Assembly (NCBI GenBank): GCA_043817235.1
Contig: JBDRHA010000007.1
Span: 9,212 to 73,211, forward strand
From: Candidatus Shapirobacteria bacterium
Lineage (GTDB): Bacteria; Patescibacteriota; Microgenomatia; UBA12405; BS750m-G30
Direction: 5' to 3'
Length of the DNA: 64,000 nucleotides
Translations under genes and position numbers: made by a program
In this document: piece by piece, positions 1 through 9,338 of the stretch
Numbering within the stretch: the stretch's first letter is position 1
Layout of the letters: each line of letters opens with the position of its first letter
Notes under the pieces: generated by a model
What the model was told of the DNA's origin: nothing
Database searches by the model: none
Seen by the model: only the letters and a program-made list of their open reading frames with translations

Positions 1-18
1 TTATACTATAAGTTATAT

Positions 19-582
19 ATGCGAAGTCCAGAAACAAATAAAGTTCTTGAATATTATGACCAAGTTTGGCTTGAGCGCTTTAAAAGGGGTCTTAACCCAA
101 TATCTCTTGCTATGCATTATGGCTTCTATGCTGAAGGTGCTCCTCGCTGTTCATTAGAAGAGCATAAATTAAGAATGAATGATGAAGTAATTAATAGGCT
201 TGGTCTAGGGAATTGGGAAGATACAAAGTCTGTCTTAGATGCTGGTTGCGGCATTGGCGGAACAGCAATATATTTTGCACAACATTACCCCGACACTAAT
301 GTTTGCGGAATAACATTATCTCATGAGCAGGCGTTGTTAGGGCATCAGTTAGTAGCTGCTAGATCGCTTGAAAAACAAGTTTCGATAATTACGGGCGATT
401 ATCACCATATCCCTGTCGGGACTAGTATGTTTCATGCCTCATATGCAATAGAAAGCTCTTGTCATGCAGATAAAGAAATATTTTTAAAAGAAATCGAAAG
501 AATACTTGTTCCGGGGGGGCGCCTAGTTATAGCTGATATTTGGTTAACCGATAAACCAATGGATACAGAACAGGAAAAATAA
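19..582 (+). CDS. Class I SAM-dependent methyltransferase, N-terminal part. It is probably frameshifted: the reading frame continues in another frame to 875.
   Basis: Motif I VLDAGCGIGGTAIYFA, motif II/III ITGDYHHIP and LVPGGRLVIAD. 187 aa is too short for the fold. Frame 0 is open from 555 to 875 and reads like the C-terminal half. There is an A5 run at 575-579. Confidence 0.6.
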   Translation: MRSPETNKVLEYYDQVWLERFKRGLNPISLAMHYGFYAEGAPRCSLEEHKLRMNDEVINRLGLGNWEDTKSVLDAGCGIGGTAIYFAQHYPDTNVCGITLSHEQALLGHQLVAARSLEKQVSIITGDYHHIPVGTSMFHASYAIESSCHADKEIFLKEIERILVPGGRLVIADIWLTDKPMDTEQEK

Positions 583-925
583 TTAAATCTGCTCTTAAGG
601 GCTTTGCTCTAGTAGATTTTTACCCTCTTGATTGGATTGAAACCATTGTTCCTGTAGGACTTAAAGTGGTTGAGGATGTTGATATTTCACGCAATGTGCT
701 TCCAGGTATGCTGAAGTCTAAGATTAGAGCAGAAAAAAAGCTGCATTCGTCGCGGGGATTGTTTCTTTCCCCAGAAACAAAAGGACATTTGAGTGCCTGT
801 AGTTATGCCTACGATCTTGTTCGGGAAGATATTGTCGCATATAGGATTGTTACTCTTGAAAAAACTAATCAGTAGTGACCATGTGAGAATGGCCCGTTAT
901 CAGTTTTATCTCTTTTGGCTTTCAA

Positions 926-1093
926 AAACTGCTTTTTTCCAGATAGCGAGAGCCCTAGAGCAAGTCAGAACACATTTTGCCTCCCCTTAGCTTTAGCTCC
1001 GCGCTCAAGCTTGATTGTGGGTGATCAAGCTTTCGCGCTCCGCCTTTTTGTCTTTTTCTGCGCGATTTTTCTCGCTTTATTAAAGCGAGCTAT
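926..1093. repeat. Dispersed repeat family, copy A. It has the aaaactgcttttttccagatagtgagagccctagagcaagtcagaacacattttgcctcccc core, an aagcttgat/atcaagctt hairpin, and a terminal ctcgcttta/taaagcgag hairpin followed by a T-run.
   Basis: Near-identical to the segments at 2331-2493 and 3078-3272, and in inverse orientation to 14391-14600. Confidence 0.75.
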
Positions 1094-2243
1094 ATTTCTT
1101 TTTTAATTTACAATATAAATACAAGACCGAAAGAGAAGCTGGTTGTAAGAGAAGAAGAGCTTTGGTTGGACCTATTTTATCGGCAAAAAGACCAAGAAGC
1201 AAAGAGACTGCGGAAAAAGTAAGGCTTCCAAAAAGGGAATTAAGTGAGCCCATGGTTGCTCTTTGTTCTGAGCTAAACTCTTTTTGAAGTAAATTATTTT
1301 TAGCGGTCATTGATACTCCATGAAAAAAAGAAGTAGTAGACATTAGGGCTGGAGAAATTATTGTCGGGAATCCTAAAGAAAGGATGTTTATTATAACTCC
1401 GTAGACTTTCTTGTATATTAGAATGTTTAGCTCTGTAAACTTGTTAATTAGTTTACCGCTAAAGTAATAACTTAGAGCTGAGCCTATGTGGGACAGGGCT
1501 TTGGAAATACCAATGGCCCAAAGGGGCCAGAGAGTATTTACAAAGGCCGAGCGGAACTGATACGAACTTTCCCCTAAGGCGTAATCTAAAATTGAAGCCA
1601 GGCTTAAGTGGCGAAGTTTAGCGTTTTTACTGAAGTTTTTAAGAGCTTCTTTTATATGGGCAAAAACATTGGCTGTTTCTTGAATTTTAATTTTTGGTTC
1701 AATCGTAAAAATGCTTATTCCTAAACAGGTAAGCTGAGAAAGCACAGAAAGCCAAAGGACTAAAGAGAAAGACCAGTGGGCGATAACTGTCCCAATGATT
1801 GCTGAAATTGCCAAGGCGACTTGGAACATGGAATCAACCTTGCCAGAAAAAACATGATACTCGGCTTCTTGTTGAGTTTCGGCTAGAGTATCGTAAAGGA
1901 GGGCGTCATTATTGCCAGAATAAAAAGAGCGAGATAATCCTTCTAAAATTGCGCCTAAGATTAGAAAAAAGTAAGAACCGCCTAGAGCGTAAAAGACTAA
2001 GCCAAGGGCACTAAAAAGAGCGCCCAGAATTAAAGTCTTTCTCCGGCCAATCAAATCGGAGAAAATACCTGTGGGTACTTCAAAAATTGCAGCTGAAAGC
2101 ATTATGATTGAAAAAACACTCATTCCTAAAACGTAAGAGCCCGATACTTGAGAAAAGTAAATTATGGCTACTGGAGCGTATAGTTTAAAATCAGTAAAAA
2201 AGTTAAACCAAGTTAATAACTTGATGTTTTTCTGACTACTCAT
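1080..2243 (-). CDS. MFS-type transporter (12 predicted TM helices).
   Basis: 387 aa, hydrophobic throughout, with a GRR(K/R)-like loop (DLIGRRKTLILG) typical of MFS. Confidence 0.65.
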   Translation of the reverse strand: MSSQKNIKLLTWFNFFTDFKLYAPVAIIYFSQVSGSYVLGMSVFSIIMLSAAIFEVPTGIFSDLIGRRKTLILGALFSALGLVFYALGGSYFFLILGAILEGLSRSFYSGNNDALLYDTLAETQQEAEYHVFSGKVDSMFQVALAISAIIGTVIAHWSFSLVLWLSVLSQLTCLGISIFTIEPKIKIQETANVFAHIKEALKNFSKNAKLRHLSLASILDYALGESSYQFRSAFVNTLWPLWAIGISKALSHIGSALSYYFSGKLINKFTELNILIYKKVYGVIINILSLGFPTIISPALMSTTSFFHGVSMTAKNNLLQKEFSSEQRATMGSLNSLFGSLTFSAVSLLLGLFADKIGPTKALLLLQPASLSVLYLYCKLKKKYSSL

Positions 2244-2330
2244 GGGTCTATTGTACCGTTTTGGACTGGAGAAATAAAAAGCACTAGCAATTTAGAAACT
2301 TAATCTTGTGTTAAAAGAAGAAAGCCAAGC

Positions 2331-2493
2331 CCCAGCAAGTTCTTGCAATTAGTGAGAGCCCTAGAGCAAGTCAGAACACATTTTGCCTCCCCAAATCTTT
2401 AGCTCCGCGCTCAAGCTTGATGTGGGTGATCAAGCTTTCGCGCTCCGCCTTTTTGTTTTTTTCTGCGCGATTTTTCTCGCCCCTTGGGCGAGT
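2331..2493. repeat. Dispersed repeat family, copy B.
   Basis: Same core as copy A. The terminal hairpin here is ctcgccc/gggcgag (compensatory change) followed by TTTTGG. TATAAT at 2499-2504 abuts the downstream gene start. Confidence 0.75.
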
Positions 2494-2511
2494 TTTGGTA
2501 TAATTTTATTA

Positions 2512-3030
2512 ATGCGAAATCCTAAAAGAAGCCAGCTTATTGAAGAAGCAATAAAATTCTTAGTATTTAAGATTGATAAATCAGGCGATAACCCTAAACC
2601 AGTTGTTTTGCATAGCATTAGGGTAGGCCTGTATCTTGATGATTGTGGCTACAACAAAGAAGTAGTAATAGCCGGCGTTCTTCATGATTTACTTGAAGAC
2701 TCTGAAACAATACCCGAGGAAATTAAAGACAAATTTGGTCAAAAAGTAACTAGTTTGGTTCAGGCTTGTAGTTTTGATAAACAACTAAAAGATAAAAAGA
2801 AAAGATATTTTCAATCTTTTGAACGTTGCTTAAAGGCAGGAAGACCCGCCTTGCTTATTAAAGCAGCTGATTTTTTAGAAAATAGCTATTATTACCAGTT
2901 TGCTGAAGGTAGAGAGCTGAAACTTTGGTTGCTAGAGAAACTTAAACATTTTTTAGATCATAGCGAAAAAATAATTGGCAAAGAAACTGTTTGGCAAGAA
3001 TTGGGCGAGCAGCATAAAATACTTACCTAA
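2512..3030 (+). CDS. HD-domain phosphohydrolase, RelA/SpoT-type (small alarmone hydrolase-like).
   Basis: HSIRVG ... AGVLHDLLEDSE matches the (p)ppGpp hydrolase HD motif. The N-terminal extension of the ORF-track model (2383) is repeat-encoded. Confidence 0.55.
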   Translation: MRNPKRSQLIEEAIKFLVFKIDKSGDNPKPVVLHSIRVGLYLDDCGYNKEVVIAGVLHDLLEDSETIPEEIKDKFGQKVTSLVQACSFDKQLKDKKKRYFQSFERCLKAGRPALLIKAADFLENSYYYQFAEGRELKLWLLEKLKHFLDHSEKIIGKETVWQELGEQHKILT

Positions 3031-3077
3031 TTAAAAGAGCCGCATTGACCTCTACCCTTATGAGTGTATTAATCAAA

Positions 3078-3272
3078 GAAGCACCCAGCAAGTTCTTACA
3101 ATTAGTGAGAGTCCTAGAGCAAGTCAGAACACATTTTGCCTCCCCAAATCTTTAGCTCCGCGCTCAAGCTTGATTGTGGGTGATCAAGCTTTCGCGCTCC
3201 GCCTTTTTGTTTTTCTCCAACTTGCAGTTGGAGTTTTGGTTTTGCGCGATTTTTCTGGCTCAGGCGAGCCAG
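3078..3272. repeat. Dispersed repeat family, copy C. It carries an extra inserted palindrome, ctccaacttgcagttggag.
   Basis: Same core. The terminal hairpin variant is ctggctc/gagccag. Confidence 0.75.
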
Positions 3273-3422
3273 TAATATAGTTCGACATATAGAACAAAGT
3301 AATCAGTAACCCAATCTAATAGAATTAAATACTTTGTGTATGTTTTGAAACCTTAGGAAATATTTTTAAAATCATCATTCTATACGAGAAAATCGGAATG
3401 GCCCATGTTATAATAATAGTCT

Positions 3423-4040
3423 ATGACAGCCATTAAACCAGAACCTTTTAGAATCAAGATGGTTGAATCCATCAAGATTCCTTCACGAGAACAACGAGAG
3501 AAATTAATAACCCAAGCTGGATATAATGTCTTCAAACTAAAAATTGACGATATCTTTATTGATCTGCTAACTGATAGCGGCACTAGTGCTATGAGTGATA
3601 ATCAATGGGCAGCTATGTTTAAAACTAAACAGTCTTATGCTGGCACTAATAGTTTTTACCAATTAAGAAAGATAGTTTCAAGGGTATTTGGTTTCAAATA
3701 TTTTTTACCTGTTCACCAAGGTCGTCCCGGCGAACACATTCTCTTTTCCTCCCTTGTTAAGCCTGGAGACTTTGTTCCCAATAATTCTCATTTTGATACT
3801 ACTTATGCCAATGTTAAATTAGCCAATGGTCATCCTCGTGATTTTGTTATTAAAGAAGCTTATCAAGCAAGAAATAGCCTTTCTTTTAAGGGCAATATGG
3901 ATATAAACAAACTTGAGAATTTTGTGGCCAAAAACAAGTCTAAAATTTCTTTAATTATGACGACCATTACAAATAATACCGTGAGATATAAAGTTTATAA
4001 GAAAATATATGCCACATGGATCTGGAGAGGTAAGAACTGA
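3423..4040 (+). pseudogene. tnaA: Truncated tryptophanase/tyrosine phenol-lyase (beta-eliminating lyase). Only the N-terminal ~190 aa are present.
   Basis: EPFRIKMVE, AGYNVFKL, DLLTDSGTSAMSDNQWAAM, QGRPGEHILF and MTTITNN match the TnaA/TPL N-terminus. The protein diverges after TITNN. About 250 aa of the C-terminus, including the PLP lysine region, are missing. Confidence 0.6.
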
Positions 4041-4303
4041 TTGTAATATTGGTTCGGCTAAACCTGGGAATTTAGTTTTAATTCCTAATAAAAAAGCGCT
4101 TTTCAAAATGGTGAGATATTTTGGATTTGAAGACTTAATGGAGGTAATTCCCCACCGGTTTTCTAGCCTTCCTTATAAAGGAAATTATCGAGTTTGTTTT
4201 TTTGCTCTTCGGCGGAGTGAAAAGGGCTTTTTCCCAATTTCTGAAACTCAACGTGCGCTAGACAGGGATTAATGGTGATTATTAATTGAAAATAAGATAA
4301 TAT

Positions 4304-5371
4304 ATGGGTAAAATAGAAAAAGAGATGGTAGAGGGATCACAGGAAATGAAAGAAAGAAAAAGCAGTAGCGAAGTTTTTATCACAGGCATTAGGCCAACTA
4401 GTGAAGATTTGCATGTAGGTAATTATCTAGGTGCAGTGAGAGATCTTGTCGAGCTTCAAAGAGAAGGTCGACCACTTCTTGTTTTTGTAGCTGATTTACA
4501 CGCAATGACAACTCATGAACCTAAGGAAGTTTATGAAAATACACGAAATATCCTGATTAACTATTTAGCTGCTGGAGTTGATCCAGAATTGTGCCATTTT
4601 TATATTCAATCTAGTTTTAGAGATCAAGTTTTAGAACTGGAAATGCAGCTTTCTCGGTTTTTTTCTGTGGCTGAGGCAATGAGGGTTCCTACCCTTAAAG
4701 ATAAAGTTGATGACCCCAAAAAGGCAAGTTTGTTTTTGCTTCGCTATCCGACTTTAATGGCCGCTGATATTCTAGGAATGAGGGCGGAAAAAGTACCTGT
4801 TGGGGAAGATCAAGTTGCTCATGTAGAAGTTTCTAGAGTATTAGCCAGAAGATTTAATAAGAGATACGGAAATATTTTTCCCTTACCAGAAGCTTTTGCA
4901 ACAGAGCCACTTAGGTTGTCTTCCCTAGATGGTCGAGGGAAAATGAGCAAATCAAATCCCAAGGGAGCGGTTTCTTTAAACGATTCAGAAGCTGATATTA
5001 GAAAAAAGATAAAAAGGGCAGTTACTGAAGTGCTGGAGGGAAAGCCAGAGCAAATGAGCCCACAAGTGACAGGCCTTTTTACCATGGGGAGAGAATTAAG
5101 ACCAAATTCTGAAGAAATAGAGGCATTGTCGCAGATGGAAGACTCATATTGGCAAGGCGACTTACAATTTTCACAGTTAAAAACAATTGTTGCGGAAATT
5201 ACCGCTAGGTTTGTTGGCGAATTCCAGCTAGAGAAAAAAAGATGGGAAGAAAAACCTGAGCTGGTTGAGGAAATACTAGAAGGAGGAACGGAAGTGGCTA
5301 GGCAGAGAATTAGTGAAACAATGGAATTGGTTCATGGAGCAATTGGAACTAGTTTGAAGTTAGGCTCCTGA
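4304..5371 (+). CDS. trpS: Tryptophan--tRNA ligase.
   Basis: GIRPTSEDLHVGNYLGAV is a HIGH-like motif. VADLHAMTT is present. The KMSKS motif is literally present. Confidence 0.9.
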   Translation: MGKIEKEMVEGSQEMKERKSSSEVFITGIRPTSEDLHVGNYLGAVRDLVELQREGRPLLVFVADLHAMTTHEPKEVYENTRNILINYLAAGVDPELCHFYIQSSFRDQVLELEMQLSRFFSVAEAMRVPTLKDKVDDPKKASLFLLRYPTLMAADILGMRAEKVPVGEDQVAHVEVSRVLARRFNKRYGNIFPLPEAFATEPLRLSSLDGRGKMSKSNPKGAVSLNDSEADIRKKIKRAVTEVLEGKPEQMSPQVTGLFTMGRELRPNSEEIEALSQMEDSYWQGDLQFSQLKTIVAEITARFVGEFQLEKKRWEEKPELVEEILEGGTEVARQRISETMELVHGAIGTSLKLGS

Positions 5372-5395
5372 CCTTTTAAATTTCATCTTGAATGA

Positions 5396-6064
5396 ATGAA
5401 TGAATCACCCCGTGTTGTTTTTAATTTTAGGAATGGTTATTTAAAGATTCCCCAGCAAGCCTACTTTTTAATTGTAAATAAAAAAGGAATAATTTTTGAT
5501 ATGGATGGCACATTGATCGATATGGAAAGAGCTAATTATGAGATGTACAGGAAAACAATAAGTAAAATTTATCAGCTTAATATTTCTCTATCTGATTGGA
5601 ACAAAATATTTAAAGGTCGGAGACCCCAAGATTCAGTTGTGGATTTTTTAAAAGATAAAGGGGTTGAGGAGAAGTTCAATTTTAAGAAATTTAAGCAAGT
5701 TGCAACCCCAATAAAAAGAAACATTATTTTTTCCGAATTAAACAATCATGTCAAAATCCTTGCTGGGGCTAGTAAATTTTTGAAACATCTAGCAGAAGAT
5801 AAAAAAAAGAAGTTGGCTCTAGTTACCTCAACCGCAGCTGTTTTTGTTAAACCAATTTTAATTCAATTTAAAATTGCTAAATACTTTGACCTAATCCTGA
5901 CCGGAGAATCGGTGAGTAAGGGTAAACCCAATCCTGAGATTTATCTTAAAGCACTTCAGGCTCTAGATCTTCTTAGTTCGGATTGCTTGGTTTTTGAAGA
6001 TTCGGAATCAGGCATCAAGGCAGCTTTAACAGCAGGAATTGACTGTGTTAAGGTTATCACTTAA
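5396..6064 (+). CDS. HAD-IA family hydrolase (phosphatase / beta-phosphoglucomutase-like).
   Basis: DMDGTLID motif I, a SGKP-type K motif (SKGKPNPE), and FEDSESGIKAA motif IV. Confidence 0.6.
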   Translation: MNESPRVVFNFRNGYLKIPQQAYFLIVNKKGIIFDMDGTLIDMERANYEMYRKTISKIYQLNISLSDWNKIFKGRRPQDSVVDFLKDKGVEEKFNFKKFKQVATPIKRNIIFSELNNHVKILAGASKFLKHLAEDKKKKLALVTSTAAVFVKPILIQFKIAKYFDLILTGESVSKGKPNPEIYLKALQALDLLSSDCLVFEDSESGIKAALTAGIDCVKVIT

Positions 6065-6124
6065 CGTTATCAAGTTGTTCTTATTATTTTTTAAAGATAT
6101 TAACCAATATTTTATAAGCTTAAA

Positions 6125-6532
6125 ATGAATATCTATCTTGATATTGACGGGGTAATTTTAGCAAACGACCTGCAGCCGGCTAGACATGCCAAAAAGTTTA
6201 TTAAATTCTTAACAGATAACTTTGATGTTTATTGGCTTACTACTCATTGCAAAGGGGATGCTGATTATACGGTTAATCATATTGCTCGGTTTTTTGATAT
6301 AGAAACAATTGGGATGTTAAAGAAAATAAAACCAACCAATTGGGAAACGGCTAAAACCGAAGCCATTGATTTTAGTAAACCTTTTTTCTGGTTTGATGAT
6401 GATCTTTTTGATTTTGAAAGAAAAGATTTAGAAAAGCATAATGCCCTAAAGGGCTGGATCGAGGTTGATTTTAGCAAGAACCTGGATCAGCTTTTGGAGT
6501 TTATAGAGTTTCTAAAAGATTTTATTTCTTAA
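6125..6532 (+). CDS. HAD-like small hydrolase (hypothetical).
   Basis: IYLDIDGVI is a DxDGV motif. Confidence 0.35.
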   Translation: MNIYLDIDGVILANDLQPARHAKKFIKFLTDNFDVYWLTTHCKGDADYTVNHIARFFDIETIGMLKKIKPTNWETAKTEAIDFSKPFFWFDDDLFDFERKDLEKHNALKGWIEVDFSKNLDQLLEFIEFLKDFIS

Positions 6533-6578
6533 CTCGAAAGAGATTTGACATCTTTGCCTTTTTGTTAATATCAAAACT

Positions 6579-7382
6579 CTAGTAGTTTGCTGACTTGAAG
6601 GCCCTAATAAGTTCATTATTTAACTTTTCTCTATGTGAAAGTATTTTATTTTTTAAGTTTATTAGTTTTCTATTTTTAGCAATTGTTAAATATAGTTTTT
6701 CCAAGCGATTAGGCTTTTTGGGCAGATCTAATATTTCTAGAATTCTTGTTTTATTTATTCCTAAATCTTTTGAAAATAATCTAGCTCTGACATATACAAG
6801 ATCTCTTGAATCATTAAACCGATTGATACCTGATTCGTAATTCTTTTTCCTTATTAGGCTTCTAAGAAGATCGTCGAAGTCTTCAGTTGTTAGACATGCT
6901 ATTTTATAAAAACTAATTGCACTTTCAAGGGCAGATATTGTTGGGTGTTTTCTTATAGACTTTTTTATTAGAAATATGTTTTTCTCAAATAGTTTATATG
7001 TGTCAAATAAAGAATTGATTTCGGATCCTAGCAGGTTTTTTGTTGGTCCAGCAATAACAAGTGGAATTTTTCCTCGTGCTTCTAGCTCCATAATAGAACC
7101 CATTAATTTGTTTGCATGAAAAACCGCATCTTCCTTGTTTTTGCCCCTTTTCCCTTGCTCTTCTATAAATATTAAGAAGAACCCAACAATAGTTCCTGTA
7201 AATGCACCAGCTATTATTTCTGAGATTAAGCTTTCTATAAAAGAAGTTGGAATTTTATATAGATAGGTATTTATTAGCATACCCAGGCAAAGCAATGTAG
7301 TGCAAGTACATAAAAAGCCAATTATGAATTTGACTTGGCTAGAAGCATAGTTTAATCTTTTTCTCCAGTAACCGAACCTCAT
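6579..7382 (-). CDS. Hypothetical membrane protein.
   Basis: The shorter start (MRFGYW) is chosen to avoid a 60-nt divergent overlap with 7460. There are two TM segments. No recognisable domain. Confidence 0.3.
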   Translation of the reverse strand: MRFGYWRKRLNYASSQVKFIIGFLCTCTTLLCLGMLINTYLYKIPTSFIESLISEIIAGAFTGTIVGFFLIFIEEQGKRGKNKEDAVFHANKLMGSIMELEARGKIPLVIAGPTKNLLGSEINSLFDTYKLFEKNIFLIKKSIRKHPTISALESAISFYKIACLTTEDFDDLLRSLIRKKNYESGINRFNDSRDLVYVRARLFSKDLGINKTRILEILDLPKKPNRLEKLYLTIAKNRKLINLKNKILSHREKLNNELIRAFKSANY

Positions 7383-7459
7383 GTTACTTATTATACTAGT
7401 TTCGTGTTCCTCGCATAAAAAATAAGGCAAAAATATCCCTTTTATTCTATACTTAACTC

Positions 7460-8113
7460 GTGAGGTTAAAAAGGTTAGGAATAGCAGCATTGGTTGTTTT
7501 AGTTCCTGGTTTTTTAGCAACGGCGGTTGTTTTTACTAAAAATAGGCAAGTGGGGGATCGGGTGGCAGAAGTTATTGATGGAGATACTTTTAAGCTAGAA
7601 AACAAGCAAACTATTCGCCTTGCTTCCATTGATGCTCCGGAAGTGGATAAATGCTTAGGTCAAGAATCAAAAAAAGCTTTGTCTAAACTAATATCAGGAA
7701 AAAGAGTAATTCTTCTTGAGCCATATGCTGATAACTATGGTCGAATAATTGCGATGGTTGTTAGTGGGGGCCAAATTGTTAATGAAGTAATGGTCAGAAA
7801 TGGGTATGCCATTGATACTTACGATAACTTTTCAGCCAAAAAAGCCCTACAAGAAGCTAATGATTATGCTCGGGAAAAAAGCTTAGGGATTTTTAGTGAA
7901 AAATGTTCTCAGACTGTTCCTCCGGATCCGGACTGTGTGATTAAAGGGAATCATGATCAGCGTCAGGATCGTCCTTTGTATTCTTATCCCGGCTGTACTA
8001 ATTATAATCGGACTGTGATAGATATTTGGAAAGACGATGAGTGGTTTTGTACGGAGGCCCAAGCAATTAAAGCAGGATATGCTCGCTCCGGAGATTGCCA
8101 AAGTGATTTTTGA
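7460..8113 (+). CDS. Secreted thermonuclease (staphylococcal nuclease / SNase family).
   Basis: There is a signal peptide. VIDGDTFKL ... IRLASIDAPE and later YGR matches the SNase motifs. Confidence 0.7.
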   Translation: MRLKRLGIAALVVLVPGFLATAVVFTKNRQVGDRVAEVIDGDTFKLENKQTIRLASIDAPEVDKCLGQESKKALSKLISGKRVILLEPYADNYGRIIAMVVSGGQIVNEVMVRNGYAIDTYDNFSAKKALQEANDYAREKSLGIFSEKCSQTVPPDPDCVIKGNHDQRQDRPLYSYPGCTNYNRTVIDIWKDDEWFCTEAQAIKAGYARSGDCQSDF

Positions 8114-8140
8114 CAGGCCAACATTAAATTTCAAAAGAAT

Positions 8141-9328
8141 TTAATCTTTTCCAGAATCAAGCTGAAGGGTTGTAATTTCTGGCAAAGATTTACCAACAAC
8201 TCCTTGCAAGTCACCATACATTCCTGCTGTATGGTCAATCATTTTTCTCAGTTGTTTTTCTTGCTTAGCCCATTTGATTTGAGATAATCTTTTTTCTTTT
8301 TCTATCCCTTCTTGAAATTCTCCAAACGTTTCGAGTATTGCTTCGATTCTATGGCTAAACTCTACGCTGGTAATATATTGATAGAGAGTTTCCATTTTTT
8401 GATTTTTCCCAATGCTTGCTTGTTGTTTGTGATAGAGATTGACTAAATTAAATCGCAAAGTTAATGCAAGAGGGACTATCATTTTTCTTGTGGTTATCCA
8501 TATGCCCTTATTGTAAACATATGTTTTAATGTTCTCTGGTGGTTCAGCAACTACAAGAATTGCTAGATGTGCCTTTGCTTGACGCTGATCTTCTTTAAGT
8601 TTATTAATCCAAGTATTTTGCCAGCGAGCATTTTTTAATTCCCAAAGAATAGTGCCGCAGTTTCTCCCCCTTTTATCTATTACTTCCTGAGTTACGTCGG
8701 CGCCTCTTTGACCCTTTTTGACCTCAGTAATATTATCAAGCGGAAATTCTCTTTTCAGTATTTCTTCTAGTTCAAGTTCCAGAGCCTCCCCCTGAGTTTG
8801 TTGAGAACCCTGTTGCAATTTGCGCCTAAGTTCCTCATTTGCTTTGAGAGCAGCTCTAAGCTGTTCTGCTTTTTCTTTATCTTTTAGTTCGTGTTTTTCC
8901 TGGGCTTCTTTAAGGGCATTTTCTCTGATCTTATCTCTTTCTTCATCCAACTGGCGCTGTTTCTCGAGTTCAAACTTTCGCTTTGCTCCTTCCAAATCGC
9001 GTTTTTCTTTTCTGATTTTGAGCTCTTGTTCCTCGGCCTGCTCTGCTCGTTTTTTCAACTCTGATATCTGACTTTCTTTGTCTTTTAGTTCTTTGGCCAC
9101 ACCCTCTTGGGCTTCTTTCTTTGCCTTCTCGGCCGCTTGTATCTTGACATTTTCGATTTCTTCTTTTTTAGACTTCGATATTTCCTCTTTCTCGAGCTTC
9201 AGTTGTTCAACTTCTTTCTGGTGTTTCAACTGTGCTTCTCTAAGAAGCCTTTCTTCTAGCTCATGCTTATAAGCATCTGTTGGTTCAAACAGTTTATTAC
9301 AGTGAGGGCATTTAATTTGTGTGTTCAT
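8141..9328 (-). CDS. DUF2130-family protein. It has an N-terminal Zn-ribbon, a long K/E coiled coil and a conserved C-terminal domain.
   Basis: IKCPHCNKLFEP at the N-terminus, followed by ~150 aa of charged coiled coil. The last gene of the operon, separated by 10 nt from the OLD-family gene. Confidence 0.5.
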   Translation of the reverse strand: MNTQIKCPHCNKLFEPTDAYKHELEERLLREAQLKHQKEVEQLKLEKEEISKSKKEEIENVKIQAAEKAKKEAQEGVAKELKDKESQISELKKRAEQAEEQELKIRKEKRDLEGAKRKFELEKQRQLDEERDKIRENALKEAQEKHELKDKEKAEQLRAALKANEELRRKLQQGSQQTQGEALELELEEILKREFPLDNITEVKKGQRGADVTQEVIDKRGRNCGTILWELKNARWQNTWINKLKEDQRQAKAHLAILVVAEPPENIKTYVYNKGIWITTRKMIVPLALTLRFNLVNLYHKQQASIGKNQKMETLYQYITSVEFSHRIEAILETFGEFQEGIEKEKRLSQIKWAKQEKQLRKMIDHTAGMYGDLQGVVGKSLPEITTLQLDSGKD

Positions 9329-9338
9329 AAGCTAATAT

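Noticed and set aside
915-2500. ORFs 915-1106 and the N-terminal 43 codons of ORF 2383-3030 (GDQAFALRLFVFFCAIFLA...)
   Set aside because: The identical peptide is produced by the repeat copies themselves. These are repeat-driven reading frames, not genes.
4009-4272. 87-aa ORF after the tnaA fragment, considered as the frameshifted continuation of tryptophanase
   Set aside because: Its translation does not resemble the TnaA C-terminal half. The region is too short (260 bp) to hold the missing ~250 aa.
8820-9272. Plus-strand ORFs (83 and 64 aa, Ser/Leu-rich) inside the DUF2130 gene
   Set aside because: They are antisense to a K/E-rich coiled-coil coding region and have low-complexity translations.
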